DNA of 64,000 bases. It comes from Alphaproteobacteria bacterium. Its GTDB lineage: Bacteria > Pseudomonadota > Alphaproteobacteria > Rs-D84. A model generated the notes under the pieces. It did not search any database, was not told the DNA's origin, and saw only the letters and a program-made list of their open reading frames with translations. This document shows positions 45,326 to 55,576 of this stretch, in pieces. The position numbers and the translations under genes are program-made. The stretch spans positions 19,881 through 83,880 of the forward strand of contig SUUN01000001.1 in the NCBI GenBank assembly GCA_015062495.1. The letters run 5' to 3'. Numbering within the stretch: position 1 is the first letter of the stretch; every line of letters starts with the position of its first letter.

Positions 45326-46924
45326 ATGAAATTTTTGCCACGATTTTTGTTTAATTGTTCGGCGTTGCTGCTGATGTCGGCGGCGGCGAATGCAGCGGGT
45401 ACATACTATACGGGTAATTATCAGTCCCCACAACGTGGATACGCCACGCAATCGTATGCACAACGTGCACGGACAAATACATCAAACTATTCGTCCCAGG
45501 GTGTGTCGGCATATAATCGTAATCAGTATGCAAATGCGGGATATACAAATTCGCGTGCGGGTGTTGCATCGCAACCACAGCAACAGCAAACACGTGCGGC
45601 AACACAATCCAGTAAACGCGGATTCAGTCTGGATGCCGGATTGTCCAAGCAGGTGGCAATGTGGGATTTTGAAATGAATACCGCAGGGTCGAAATTACAC
45701 TATGATAATATTGATTGGTTGGTGTTTGATGCAGCGGGTAAATATGTGTTTGATGTCGGAAATACAACACTGCAAATTGGTGCGGGATTGCAATACGGTA
45801 TGCAGATGGGCGAATCCACAATGATTGACGATGATATTAGCCATGGCGGGTATCCAAATGGCGCATATGTTGGTGAATACAATAATCAACGGTATTATGG
45901 TGAAAAGATAGGTCATGCATTATCCATTGGGTCAAGCAAAGATGGCAGCATGTTTGGATTTAATGTTGGTGTTGGGTTGACTGATTTTTGGAAGTGGGGA
46001 AATGTGAAAATTACACCGTCGGTCGGATGGCGTTATTTGAAATATAAATTAGAAACGTCGGACAACAAGGGTAGTGTTATCGTCAGTGCCGATTATGGTA
46101 ATGAATGCGTTCTTTTTGATGATGGTTCAACACAGTGTGGGCCGGTGGTGACGTTGTCTAATGGATATACACCTGGGGAATTACATGTGTATCCGGGATA
46201 TACGTATTTTGATGCGAATGGCGTGGTTTTGGATATTAATGAAAATGGTAATTTTGTGTATCCTGGCACAACAAATTTAGCCGAACCAGCATATGCCGCA
46301 GTTCTGGTAGATGGGTGGCGTTACGCCGAAGCGGACGGGACGTACTATTTTGAACAACCGGGGGTCAGCCATTCGTATGATGTTGAATGGTCCGGGCCAT
46401 ATATTGGGTTGGATATGCAATATGATATTAACCAGTATAATGTTGTGACGGCGAATGTTGAATTGGGGTTGCCGTCATATACGGCAACGGGTGACCAGCC
46501 GTATCGTTTTGATTGGCAACATCCAAAGTCGGTTCAGGACAAGGGTGGTATTGGCAGTGGTTTCCACTTTGGCGCGGGTGCAAATTGGCGTACGGCAATT
46601 ACAGACAGTGTTGCGTTGTCAATTGGTGTGACATATGATTATTATTCTGTATCGGATGCAGATGCGACGACGTTTTGGGACCCGGTATATGGGGAACAGG
46701 AATATAAATATGCACTGGAATGGTGGATGGATGAGTATGGCTTAACCCAGGAATTGGCAGAGCAATATATGTTAACAGGCATGACGACATCTGACGGTGA
46801 AAAGATTCCGGCCGAAGGTATTGCGGTGGCCCGTGCAAATAACTGGGAAGACAAGGTTGATGGCGAAATTGAATCGTTCTATAAATCGTTGGGTGTTCGT
46901 ATTGGTATAAATGCAAGGTTCTGA
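45326..46924 (+). CDS. Large outer-membrane beta-barrel protein
   Basis: Signal peptide (start MKFLPR at 45326); Tyr/Gln-rich N-terminus; alternating beta strands; terminal IGINARF. Confidence 0.8.
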   Translation: MKFLPRFLFNCSALLLMSAAANAAGTYYTGNYQSPQRGYATQSYAQRARTNTSNYSSQGVSAYNRNQYANAGYTNSRAGVASQPQQQQTRAATQSSKRGFSLDAGLSKQVAMWDFEMNTAGSKLHYDNIDWLVFDAAGKYVFDVGNTTLQIGAGLQYGMQMGESTMIDDDISHGGYPNGAYVGEYNNQRYYGEKIGHALSIGSSKDGSMFGFNVGVGLTDFWKWGNVKITPSVGWRYLKYKLETSDNKGSVIVSADYGNECVLFDDGSTQCGPVVTLSNGYTPGELHVYPGYTYFDANGVVLDINENGNFVYPGTTNLAEPAYAAVLVDGWRYAEADGTYYFEQPGVSHSYDVEWSGPYIGLDMQYDINQYNVVTANVELGLPSYTATGDQPYRFDWQHPKSVQDKGGIGSGFHFGAGANWRTAITDSVALSIGVTYDYYSVSDADATTFWDPVYGEQEYKYALEWWMDEYGLTQELAEQYMLTGMTTSDGEKIPAEGIAVARANNWEDKVDGEIESFYKSLGVRIGINARF

Positions 46925-46928
46925 TAGG

Positions 46929-47543
46929 ATGTTGAAAATACGTTCGTTTTTTGTTGGGGTTGTATTGTGCCTGTGTTCTGTGTCGGTGTGGGCGGTTGAT
47001 TTGAGTGGATCAGCGGCCGTGAGTATCACCAGTGATACCGCCGCAAATGCAAAGACTATGGCCTTTGACGAGGCGCGGCGACAAATTATTGGTGATTCAC
47101 TGCGGCAATATGTTGACGTGGATACCGTGGCGGTGGCATTGCAAAATGCAAAAAATTCAGAATTGGCCAATTTGGTGGCAACGTCCAGTATCGATGGGGA
47201 AAAGGTGTCGGATACAACGTATTCTGCGAATATTACAATGACGTTGGATTCAAATGCGGCGCGGACATGGTTGGAAAATAATAATGTGCAACATTGGTTG
47301 CCAGACGAATCCAAACGTGATGTGTTTGTTGTGTCGGTAAAACTGTCAGATCCGATTGCAGATTGGATTCAATTAAATCAGATTGCACGAAATGAACGGA
47401 TTGATTTGGGAACACAGTCGATTTCGGGGGATATGGTGACGCTGGAATTGCCGGTGTCGGCGCGTGGTAAATTTACAATCGCGGTGCGCGAAGGTGGATG
47501 GCGGTACGCCAGTAGTGATGGGGTATTAAAAATTTGGAAATAG
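46929..47543 (+). CDS. Secreted hypothetical protein
   Basis: Signal peptide VWA; start at 46929 with AGGA RBS. Confidence 0.75.
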   Translation: MLKIRSFFVGVVLCLCSVSVWAVDLSGSAAVSITSDTAANAKTMAFDEARRQIIGDSLRQYVDVDTVAVALQNAKNSELANLVATSSIDGEKVSDTTYSANITMTLDSNAARTWLENNNVQHWLPDESKRDVFVVSVKLSDPIADWIQLNQIARNERIDLGTQSISGDMVTLELPVSARGKFTIAVREGGWRYASSDGVLKIWK

Positions 47544-47555
47544 TGGGGTGTTGAA

Positions 47556-48416
47556 TTGAAAAAAATATCGTGGGTTGCATTATTGGGTTTGTTGCCGGGT
47601 ATGGCGTTGGCGGATGATGCAGTGGCGGACAAAGGAAAATTGACATTGGCGGTGCGTCGAATTGGACTGGAATGGTCGCAGACGGATGTAAAAAATGCCG
47701 ATGTGTATGAAGATTCGCCGGTATCTGCGCTGAAAGCAGACAGTCAGACATTTATGAAGGGTGTTTTTGATACGGCACTGGAATACAGCAAGAATCGATT
47801 TCAGTGGGATAATTCACTGTTCATGGAATATGGTGAAACCAAATTGAAACCATCTGACGAGCCTGAAACAGTCAGTGAAAACGCCGATGATATTTTGTTG
47901 AGTTCGAATTTGTCATATGCGTGCTGGGAATTTTCAGGGTTCAAGTTTGGTCCAACGGTTCGTGGCGCGTATGATACAGAATTCAAGACCACCGACGGTA
48001 CACCGCGCCAGAATATTCTGCGTACAAATGCGGGTATTTCGCTGTTTGATAATGAAATTGTGAAAAGTCTGTATTTGACCGGGGTGTATGAATATGACTT
48101 TACATATGCCGGCGAACAGACCAGTAAATTGGCGGCGGAAATCGGTTGGCGTTTAGAATATCAAATTCGCGAAGGGGTAAAATTGTCGTCCAATGGATAC
48201 TATCGTGAATATCTAAGTTATTCTGAATTTGTTCCGACAGACCTGGAACGTGATTTAAGTGCGGTTCTGCGTCTGGATACGAATTTGTGGGGTGATTTGA
48301 CGATGGGGCCATATGTGCAATATCGTCGCGCCCGCGCCCGTGGGGTTGATGTTTATGGCAGCAACTTTATCATGGGAATCTCTTTCAACTATATCACGTC
48401 CTTTGGATTGATATAG
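47556..48416 (+). CDS. Putative outer-membrane beta-barrel (DUF3078-like)
   Basis: TTG start, signal peptide ALA, alternating aromatic strands, WDNSLFMEYG motif. Confidence 0.7.
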   Translation: MKKISWVALLGLLPGMALADDAVADKGKLTLAVRRIGLEWSQTDVKNADVYEDSPVSALKADSQTFMKGVFDTALEYSKNRFQWDNSLFMEYGETKLKPSDEPETVSENADDILLSSNLSYACWEFSGFKFGPTVRGAYDTEFKTTDGTPRQNILRTNAGISLFDNEIVKSLYLTGVYEYDFTYAGEQTSKLAAEIGWRLEYQIREGVKLSSNGYYREYLSYSEFVPTDLERDLSAVLRLDTNLWGDLTMGPYVQYRRARARGVDVYGSNFIMGISFNYITSFGLI

Positions 48417-48465
48417 AAAACCAGTTCCTTTCTTGTCTTGAAAATCCCGCCAATGGCGGGATTTT

Positions 48466-49188
48466 TTATTTTAACTTTTTGGTCCAGGTGTTGTCTGGAA
48501 AATTTAATTTTAACATTTCGGCATATCCGTGCGCCTGGTCGGGCAGGCCGATGGCGGTGTATGCCTCGGTCAGGCGGTACAGGGCCTCGGGCGTCATGAC
48601 GGTGTCCTGTGCGTCGCGGACGACGGTTTGCAATTGATTTATTGCACTGGGCCAATTTTCAACGCGCATGTCGTTGCGGGCGGAATACATCACTTTGCCT
48701 GCGATATAGTTCTTTAATATATTAATTTTGTTTTCGGCGTTTTTTGCATATTCGCTGGTTGGAAAGCGTTGAACCAATGCCTGAAACTGCGTCAATGCGT
48801 ACGCGGACATGCCGGGTTCGCGGCGAACATCGCTGACCTGGCGATAATAGCACATGCCGCGCAGGTACATTACATATGGCACATCGCGGTGGCCGGGATG
48901 AAATCGCATAAATCGGTCGGTTGCCAACAGTGCGCCCGCAAAGTCGCCATCCATATAATGTGAATATGCCGCCATTATTAATGCGTCGGCGGCCCAAGGA
49001 CTGGCCGGGTGCTGGGTTTCAGCGCGCAGGAATTCCATGGCGGCGGCTTCGTAATCTTCGTCGTTAAATTCCGCGTATGCCATTTCGTATATTTCCGGCA
49101 GGGATTGTTCCGCCACGATTTCGTTATCTGAACCGGCGCAGCCCGCCAAAATTGCCAAAATTCCAATCAAAGCCAATTGTTTTTTCAT
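48466..49188 (-). CDS. bamD: Outer membrane protein assembly factor BamD
   Basis: Lipobox LAGC (start 49188); TPR segments HPASPWA, FHPGHRDVPYVMYLRG and RFPTSEYA. Confidence 0.92.
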   Translation of the reverse strand: MKKQLALIGILAILAGCAGSDNEIVAEQSLPEIYEMAYAEFNDEDYEAAAMEFLRAETQHPASPWAADALIMAAYSHYMDGDFAGALLATDRFMRFHPGHRDVPYVMYLRGMCYYRQVSDVRREPGMSAYALTQFQALVQRFPTSEYAKNAENKINILKNYIAGKVMYSARNDMRVENWPSAINQLQTVVRDAQDTVMTPEALYRLTEAYTAIGLPDQAHGYAEMLKLNFPDNTWTKKLK

Positions 49189-49240
49189 GTCTTGATTCCT
49201 GTCTTGATTTTTTATTGCTGATGGCAGTATAATCGAAAAC

Positions 49241-50704
49241 ATGAAACTGGGCAAACATATTTTTGGCGTTGGTGCAATGACTGGCATCAGTCGTATTTTC
49301 GGATTTGTGCGCGATATGCTGATTGCGCGCGTGCTGGGGGCGGGGCGATTATCTGATATATTTCTGGCGGCGTTCAAGTTGCCGAATTTGTTCCGCGACC
49401 TGTTGGGCGAAGGGGCGTTGTCTGCAATCTTTATTCCGATGTATACGGATTCAAAAAAAGATGAATCATTTGCACGAAATGTGTTTTCGTGGCTGATGGT
49501 TGGTTTGCTGGGGATAACGATATTGTTTGAAATATTTATGCCGTTGATTGTGTGGGTGTTGGCGCCGGGGTTTGATGCAGTGCCGGGCAAAATGGAAATG
49601 ACGGTTGTTATATCGCGGATAATGTTCGTCTATGTGATTTTTGTATGTGGGGCGGCATTTTTATCGGCAATATTGAATGCTTTTTCACGGTTCTTGTTGG
49701 CGGCGTTTATGCCAGTGTTGCTGAATATTATGTTGATTGGGGCGTTGCTGATTGCGATGGCCTGGGGTACGACGCATGTTCTGTATTTAATGGCGGGGAC
49801 GGTCGTTTTATCGGGAATTATTCAGTTCGCTGTGCTGTGGGGGCGGATTCGTCGTCGGCATTTTGGGCTGCGGCTGGTTGTGCCACGGTGGACACCACGG
49901 ATGAAGTCTTTGTTCAAGCGTCTGGGGGTCAGTATTGTTGGCAGTGGGTTCTATCAGATTACGATAATTGTTGGGACGTTGGTTGCCAGTTTTCAAAGTG
50001 GGGCGGTGTCGTGGCTGTATTATTCGGATCGTATTGTTCAGTTGCCGTTCGCGATGATTGGGTTGGCGGTGGGAACGGTTCTGATGTCGTCGATTTCAAA
50101 TGCGTTGGCGGAAAAAAATATGCGCAGTGTGTATATTCAGCAAAATTCGTCAATGCGGCGGTCGTTGATGCTGATATTGCCGTGTGTGGCGGGGCTGGTT
50201 GTGTTGGCAGAACCGATAATTCGATACCTGTTTGAATATGGCGCGTGGACGGCGGAATCAACGCGGGCGGTTGCGCACGCTATTATGATTCAGGCGTTGG
50301 TGTTGCCGGCCATGCTGGTCAGTCAGATTTACAGTAAAACCCTGTACGCGTCCCAGGATGTTAAGACCCCGGTCAAGACCAGTATGGTGTCTTTGGGGGT
50401 GGCGGCGGTGCTGTATTTGACATTATTCCCGTTTGTTGGATATTTGGCTGTGCCGATTGGTGTGGTGGTCAGTGGATATCTGAAAAATTATTTGTTGGGG
50501 CGGGCGTGTCGTGCGCGGGCGTTGGTAAATCACGATGGGCGCACAATGCGCGCGGTTGTGGCGTTCGGTTTGTGGGCGGCGATTTTGGGCGTGTTGATGT
50601 CGTGCGTTGAAATTGACAGTATCTGGATGCTGGGGTTTGTAATCGCGGGGTATGGGATGCTGTATCTGCCGCTGGCATATCTGATTGATAGGCGTATTAA
50701 ATAG
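49241..50704 (+). CDS. murJ: Lipid II flippase MurJ
   Basis: SRIFGFVRD, AAFKLPNLFRDLLGEGA, DRIVQLP and QDVKTPV motifs. Confidence 0.95.
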   Translation: MKLGKHIFGVGAMTGISRIFGFVRDMLIARVLGAGRLSDIFLAAFKLPNLFRDLLGEGALSAIFIPMYTDSKKDESFARNVFSWLMVGLLGITILFEIFMPLIVWVLAPGFDAVPGKMEMTVVISRIMFVYVIFVCGAAFLSAILNAFSRFLLAAFMPVLLNIMLIGALLIAMAWGTTHVLYLMAGTVVLSGIIQFAVLWGRIRRRHFGLRLVVPRWTPRMKSLFKRLGVSIVGSGFYQITIIVGTLVASFQSGAVSWLYYSDRIVQLPFAMIGLAVGTVLMSSISNALAEKNMRSVYIQQNSSMRRSLMLILPCVAGLVVLAEPIIRYLFEYGAWTAESTRAVAHAIMIQALVLPAMLVSQIYSKTLYASQDVKTPVKTSMVSLGVAAVLYLTLFPFVGYLAVPIGVVVSGYLKNYLLGRACRARALVNHDGRTMRAVVAFGLWAAILGVLMSCVEIDSIWMLGFVIAGYGMLYLPLAYLIDRRIK

Positions 50705-50779
50705 TATAAAATAAATTTGAAACGGGGACTGATTTATGATAAAATTATAATCATAAAAGAATGTAAGGAGTCCCAAATT

Positions 50780-51664
50780 ATGAAAAAAATAGTTTCCTTG
50801 GCGGTGTTGGCCGCAATGTTGGCGGGGTGTGCAGATCTGAGCACGACTGGCAATAATACAAGTTATGGTGATGGCTTTGGCGAAGAACCATTGGCAGCCG
50901 CCCCAGCACAGAGTTTGAATGATTCTTATTTATTGGCGGCAGCACCAAAGTACTATATTGGTACTGCGTACAAAGTTGATGATGTTCAATATATCCCAGT
51001 CGAAGATATGACATATAATCAGACCGGTGTTGCGGGGATTATTCCGACGGAATTAAATGGCACAAAAACCAGTAACGGCGAAGTCTTTGATATTAACCAA
51101 ATGGTCGCAACCAGCAAGACGTTGCCATTGCCAACAATTGCCCGTGTGACAAATTTGGATAATGGTCAGTCTGTTGTGGTTCGTATAAATAATCGTGGGC
51201 CGTTTGTAAATACGCGTTTGATGGATTTGTCGCCAGCTGCCGCCCAGAAAATTGGCTTGAATGGCCAGGGCAAGGTTCAAATTCAGGTTATGGGCGATCA
51301 ATCGATTGCAGTTAAAAATGCGACACTGGGCGCAGCCGCACCAGTAGTTGTGGAAACAACAACTGCAGTTGTTGAGCCACAACCTGTGGCACAGCCTGCA
51401 CCTGTTGCAACTGCCCCAGTTTCGGGTGATTACAGTGTACAGGTTGCCGCGTTTTATGCCCAGGATAGTGCAGATTCATTGGCGCAGCGTATGAAAGCAT
51501 ATGGTGATGCAGTTGTCGTTAACGAAGGTGACATGTTCAAGGTTCGTATCGTAAACCTGGATGCGGCGCAGGCACGTGGTGTGATTGATGCGTTGCGTAA
51601 CAGCGAAGGTATGGCGCCGGGACTGTTGAAAAATGGTCGTTGGGTCAATGCGGACAGTATTTAA
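50780..51664 (+). CDS. rlpA: RlpA-like septal ring lytic transglycosylase lipoprotein with SPOR domain
   Basis: Lipobox LAGC; DPBB motif KTLPLPTIARVTNLDNGQSVVVRIN.RGPF..DLS; SPOR YSVQVAAF. Confidence 0.85.
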   Translation: MKKIVSLAVLAAMLAGCADLSTTGNNTSYGDGFGEEPLAAAPAQSLNDSYLLAAAPKYYIGTAYKVDDVQYIPVEDMTYNQTGVAGIIPTELNGTKTSNGEVFDINQMVATSKTLPLPTIARVTNLDNGQSVVVRINNRGPFVNTRLMDLSPAAAQKIGLNGQGKVQIQVMGDQSIAVKNATLGAAAPVVVETTTAVVEPQPVAQPAPVATAPVSGDYSVQVAAFYAQDSADSLAQRMKAYGDAVVVNEGDMFKVRIVNLDAAQARGVIDALRNSEGMAPGLLKNGRWVNADSI

Positions 51665-51803
51665 AAAAATCCCCCGTCTGGGGGATTTTTTTATGGGTTG
51701 GCAGAAAACACAACGGCAATAATCCAGGTAATTAAATTCACTGTTGAAAATTATTAAATTCGGTATAATATATAGGTCATATTTAGATATAGGGGTGAAT
51801 ATT

Positions 51804-53165
51804 ATGCCGGCAAAAACAGTAAATGATATTGTTGCGTTATGTAAACGTCGTGGTTTTATTTTTACAGGGTCTGAAATCTATGGCGGTTTGGGTGGTGCAT
51901 ATGACTATGGTCCGTATGGCGTTGAATTGATGAAAAATATCCGCAATGCGTGGTGGAATGCCATGATTTATTCGCGTGATGATATCGAAGGACTGGATGC
52001 GGCATTGATTTCAAACCGTTTATTGTGGAAATATTCTGGGCACGAGGCAGGATTTTCAGATCCATTGGTGGAATGCAAAAAATGCGGCACACGTATGCGC
52101 CAGGATAAAATGAAAGACCCAACCAAATGTGATAATTGTGGCAGTACGGATATTACCGAACCGCGTGCATATCAGTTGATGATGGGGCTGTCCATTGGGG
52201 CGACGGCGGATGGGGCGGTTAATGCGTACCTGCGTCCGGAAACGGCGACAACAACATATACTAATTTCAAAAATGTTTTGGATGCAAAACCGCACAAGTT
52301 GCCGTTTGGTATTGCCCAAATCGGCAAGGCGTTCCGGAATGAAATTTCCCCACGTGGATTTGTGTTCCGTATGCGTGAATTTGAACAAGCGGAAATGCAG
52401 TACTTTGTAAATCCGGCGGACGATGAAAAATATCATCAGATGTGGATGGAAACGCGCATGGCGTGGTGGATTGATGTGCTGGGGATTCCGGCGAATAAGT
52501 TGCGTTTCCTGCCACATGAAAAGTTGGCGCATTATGCCAAGGCTGCGGTTGATATTGAATATGAATTTCCAGATGGGTTTGACGAAGTCGAAGGGATTCA
52601 TAACCGCCAGGATTTTGACCTGGGGTCGCATACCAAAGGACAGAAAGATTTCAAAATTAACGCAAATGTGTTGGAAAACAAAGACAGTACAACCAAATTG
52701 TCTTATTCTGACCCGCAATCAGGTGAAAACTTTATCCCATATGTAATTGAAACGGCGATGGGTGTTAATCGTGCGATGTTGGCGGTTATGATAGAAGCGT
52801 ACGAAGAAGAAGACCTGGGCGACGGTAAAACGCGTACTGTGTTAAAGTTAAAGCCACAGTTATCGCCGGTCAAGGCGGCGGTTATTCCGTTGGCGCGTAA
52901 TGTGCCAGAATTGCTGGATATTTCAAATGATGTGGTGTCGAAACTGCGCAAAATGGGAATTGGTCGCATTGAACTGGAAAATTCGGGGAATATTGGGAAA
53001 AACTATCGCCGTCATGACGAAATCGGTACGCCAGTATGTATCACAGTTGATCACCAGACAATGGAAGATGGCACAGTGACACTGCGTCATCGCGACACGA
53101 TGGCCCAGGAACGCGTTGCAATCGCAGATGTGCCGGGGCGCGTGCTGGAAATTGTTAATGGATAA
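51804..53165 (+). CDS. glyQS: Glycine--tRNA ligase, alpha2 (homodimeric) type
   Basis: LCKRRGFIF..SEIYGG, YLRPETA, GKAFRNEI, FRMREFEQAE and YRRHDEIGTP motifs. Start at 51804. Confidence 0.95.
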   Translation: MPAKTVNDIVALCKRRGFIFTGSEIYGGLGGAYDYGPYGVELMKNIRNAWWNAMIYSRDDIEGLDAALISNRLLWKYSGHEAGFSDPLVECKKCGTRMRQDKMKDPTKCDNCGSTDITEPRAYQLMMGLSIGATADGAVNAYLRPETATTTYTNFKNVLDAKPHKLPFGIAQIGKAFRNEISPRGFVFRMREFEQAEMQYFVNPADDEKYHQMWMETRMAWWIDVLGIPANKLRFLPHEKLAHYAKAAVDIEYEFPDGFDEVEGIHNRQDFDLGSHTKGQKDFKINANVLENKDSTTKLSYSDPQSGENFIPYVIETAMGVNRAMLAVMIEAYEEEDLGDGKTRTVLKLKPQLSPVKAAVIPLARNVPELLDISNDVVSKLRKMGIGRIELENSGNIGKNYRRHDEIGTPVCITVDHQTMEDGTVTLRHRDTMAQERVAIADVPGRVLEIVNG

Positions 53166-53202
53166 TTTGGAAACGCCCCATGTGGGCGTTTTTTGTACAA
53201 AT

Positions 53203-53856
53203 ATGAAAAAATACATAGATGCGCATTGTCATTTGTTTGATGAAAATTTGCCCAATAATATTGGGGCGATTGTTAATGCAACGCGCCCGTCCGAATGGTG
53301 CGATGTGATTGCCGGGGCAGAAAAAAATCCTAATGTTTTCGCGGCGATTGGTGTACACCCGTGGTTTGTTGGCGAACTGGGGGCGGGGTGGGATGCGCAG
53401 ATGTGTGAATTGTTGGCACAAAATCCCGGGGTGACGATTGGTGAAATTGGTCTGGATAAGCATAAGCCCGATATGGATACGCAAATAAACGTATTTGTGT
53501 GTCAGATGGATTTGGCGGTGGAATTGGGGCGTGGGGTACATGTGCACTGTGTTGGTGCATGGGATAAAATGTTCGCCGTATTAAAGAAATATAAATCACA
53601 GCAACCGCCATTTATTTTATTTCACCGTTTTTCGGGAAATGCGATGGATGTGGCACGATTGGTTGCGGACTATAATGCGTACTTTTCATTTTCTGGGACG
53701 CGGCGCATAATTGCGGATGTGCCACGGGACAGAATACTGGTTGAAACAGATTCAAATAACCCAACGGGGATTATTAGGGTTGCGGAACAGATTGCCGCGA
53801 TTTGTCCGGATTGTGATTTTTATAAAAATACAATGGGGATGTTGAAACATGGATAG
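53203..53856 (+). CDS. TatD-family hydrolase
   Basis: DAHCHL, GVHP, IGEIGLD and ETD motifs. Start at 53203. Confidence 0.9.
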   Translation: MKKYIDAHCHLFDENLPNNIGAIVNATRPSEWCDVIAGAEKNPNVFAAIGVHPWFVGELGAGWDAQMCELLAQNPGVTIGEIGLDKHKPDMDTQINVFVCQMDLAVELGRGVHVHCVGAWDKMFAVLKKYKSQQPPFILFHRFSGNAMDVARLVADYNAYFSFSGTRRIIADVPRDRILVETDSNNPTGIIRVAEQIAAICPDCDFYKNTMGMLKHG

Positions 53857-54529
53857 ATTACACAGAACACGTTTGTTGTTTGGCGATGCAGGAATTGAAA
53901 AACTGAAAAAATCAACGGTTATGGTTGTTGGCTGTGGCGCGGTGGGTTCGTTCGCGATTGAGGCCCTGGCGCGCAGTGGTGTTGGACATTTAGTGGTTGT
54001 GGACTTTGATACGGTGGAAGAATCAAATATAAATCGCCAGTTGTTTGCACTGACATCGACCATTGGCCGGCCCAAGGTTGATGTTGCCGCGACGCGCGTG
54101 CGTGATATAAACCCAGATATTATGGTTGATGCGCTGAATATCCGTTGGGATGAAAATACAGATGTTAAAATTATACCGGACTTTGTCATTGATGCGATTG
54201 ACAGTGTGGAATCCAAGGTTGCATTATATAAATGGGCGGATGCGCATAATGTGCCACTGATTACCAGTATGGGTGCGGCGTCCAAGACCGACCCGGCCCA
54301 GATTAAAATTGCGCCGATTTCCCGCACAACGGTGTGTCCGTTGGCGGCGCGTGTGCGGCGTATGGTGCGTGGGGCGGGGTTGTCGGATTTCCCAGCCGTT
54401 TATTCGACCGAGTCGCCTGCGCCGGTCGTTGGACATGCAAAAAACCTGGGGTCGATTATATGTGTGACGGGGGTGTTTGGGTTGATGATGGCGAACTGGG
54501 TGATTGGGAAAATTGTTCGCAATATTTAA
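53849..54529 (+). CDS. tcdA: tRNA threonylcarbamoyladenosine dehydratase (ThiF/E1-like)
   Basis: GCGAVGS, VDFDTV..SNINRQ, DAIDS, SMGAA and CPLAARVR motifs. Confidence 0.88.
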   Translation: MDRLHRTRLLFGDAGIEKLKKSTVMVVGCGAVGSFAIEALARSGVGHLVVVDFDTVEESNINRQLFALTSTIGRPKVDVAATRVRDINPDIMVDALNIRWDENTDVKIIPDFVIDAIDSVESKVALYKWADAHNVPLITSMGAASKTDPAQIKIAPISRTTVCPLAARVRRMVRGAGLSDFPAVYSTESPAPVVGHAKNLGSIICVTGVFGLMMANWVIGKIVRNI

Positions 54530-54585
54530 CTTTGACATATGGCGCGCATTTTATTACATTATAATAGGTGGCAGGGAGGATATTC

Positions 54586-55332
54586 ATGAAAATTACACAG
54601 AAATTAAAGTCTATGTCCGGTGTTTGGATGGTTGTATTGGCGATTGGAATTGCGCTGGGCGGGTATTTTATTGGTGATGGGATTTATCGCGCGATGTCAG
54701 GTCGTACCGTTACGGTCAAGGGGTTGGCCGAACGTGATGTTGTGGCTGATACCGCGGTGTGGAATATTAAAATTAACGGTGTTGGTGGTGATTTGACTGA
54801 ACTGCAACAGCGTATTGATAATGATTTAACAGAAATTAATGCGTTTTTAATTGATGCCGGTTTTGCGCCGGGTGATATTCAAAAACTGCGTGTTCAGGTA
54901 CGTGATAAATATGCGGGATATACCGATTCGGAATTAAAGAATCAGCAAAATGATGGTCGCTATGTCATTGAAACGGGTGTTATGGTGCGGTCGCATGATG
55001 TTGCGTTGGTTGACAGTGTATCGCGCAGAATGGGTGAACTGGTGCGGCGTGGGATTACGATTACCGAAGATTATTCAGGGCCAATTTATATATTTAACGG
55101 ATTGAATGATATTAAAATTTCGATGATTGAGCAAGCAACCAAGAATGCAACGGCGGCTGGGGAACAGTTTGCCAAAGATGCAGACGCGCGTCTGGGCAAG
55201 ATTAAAAGTGCAAATCAGGGTGTTTTCAGTATCGAATCACGTGATCCGACCGACAGTTGGTCATCCAATGAACGTCAGGCAATAAATAAAAAAGTTCGCG
55301 TGGTTGCAACTATAACATTCTATTTGAAATAA
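54586..55332 (+). CDS. SIMPL (DUF541) domain protein
   Basis: RTVTVKGLAERDVVAD, LGKIKSANQGVFSI and KKVRVVATITFYL motifs. Confidence 0.9.
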   Translation: MKITQKLKSMSGVWMVVLAIGIALGGYFIGDGIYRAMSGRTVTVKGLAERDVVADTAVWNIKINGVGGDLTELQQRIDNDLTEINAFLIDAGFAPGDIQKLRVQVRDKYAGYTDSELKNQQNDGRYVIETGVMVRSHDVALVDSVSRRMGELVRRGITITEDYSGPIYIFNGLNDIKISMIEQATKNATAAGEQFAKDADARLGKIKSANQGVFSIESRDPTDSWSSNERQAINKKVRVVATITFYLK

Positions 55333-55411
55333 ATATCCTCGGAAACGGGGATTTTTATTTGTTGCAGCAAGTGTATAATCAAAAACACCCCAAACGGGGT
55401 GTTTTTATTTG

Positions 55412-55488
55412 TGGTGGATGTGATTGGACTCGAACCAACGACCTCTTCGATGTGAACGAAGCGCTCTAACCAACTGAGCTACACATCC
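55412..55488 (-). tRNA. tRNA-Val(CAC)
   Basis: Anticodon arm CTTCG-TTCACAT-CGAAG; CCA end. Confidence 0.95.
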
Positions 55489-55576
55489 AAAACAGTGGGT
55501 GTATTATAAGAATAAAACAGTGGCGGTTCAAGTTTTTATTTTGGCGTTTTTGGGGAAAATGTTATAATGCAGTGGT

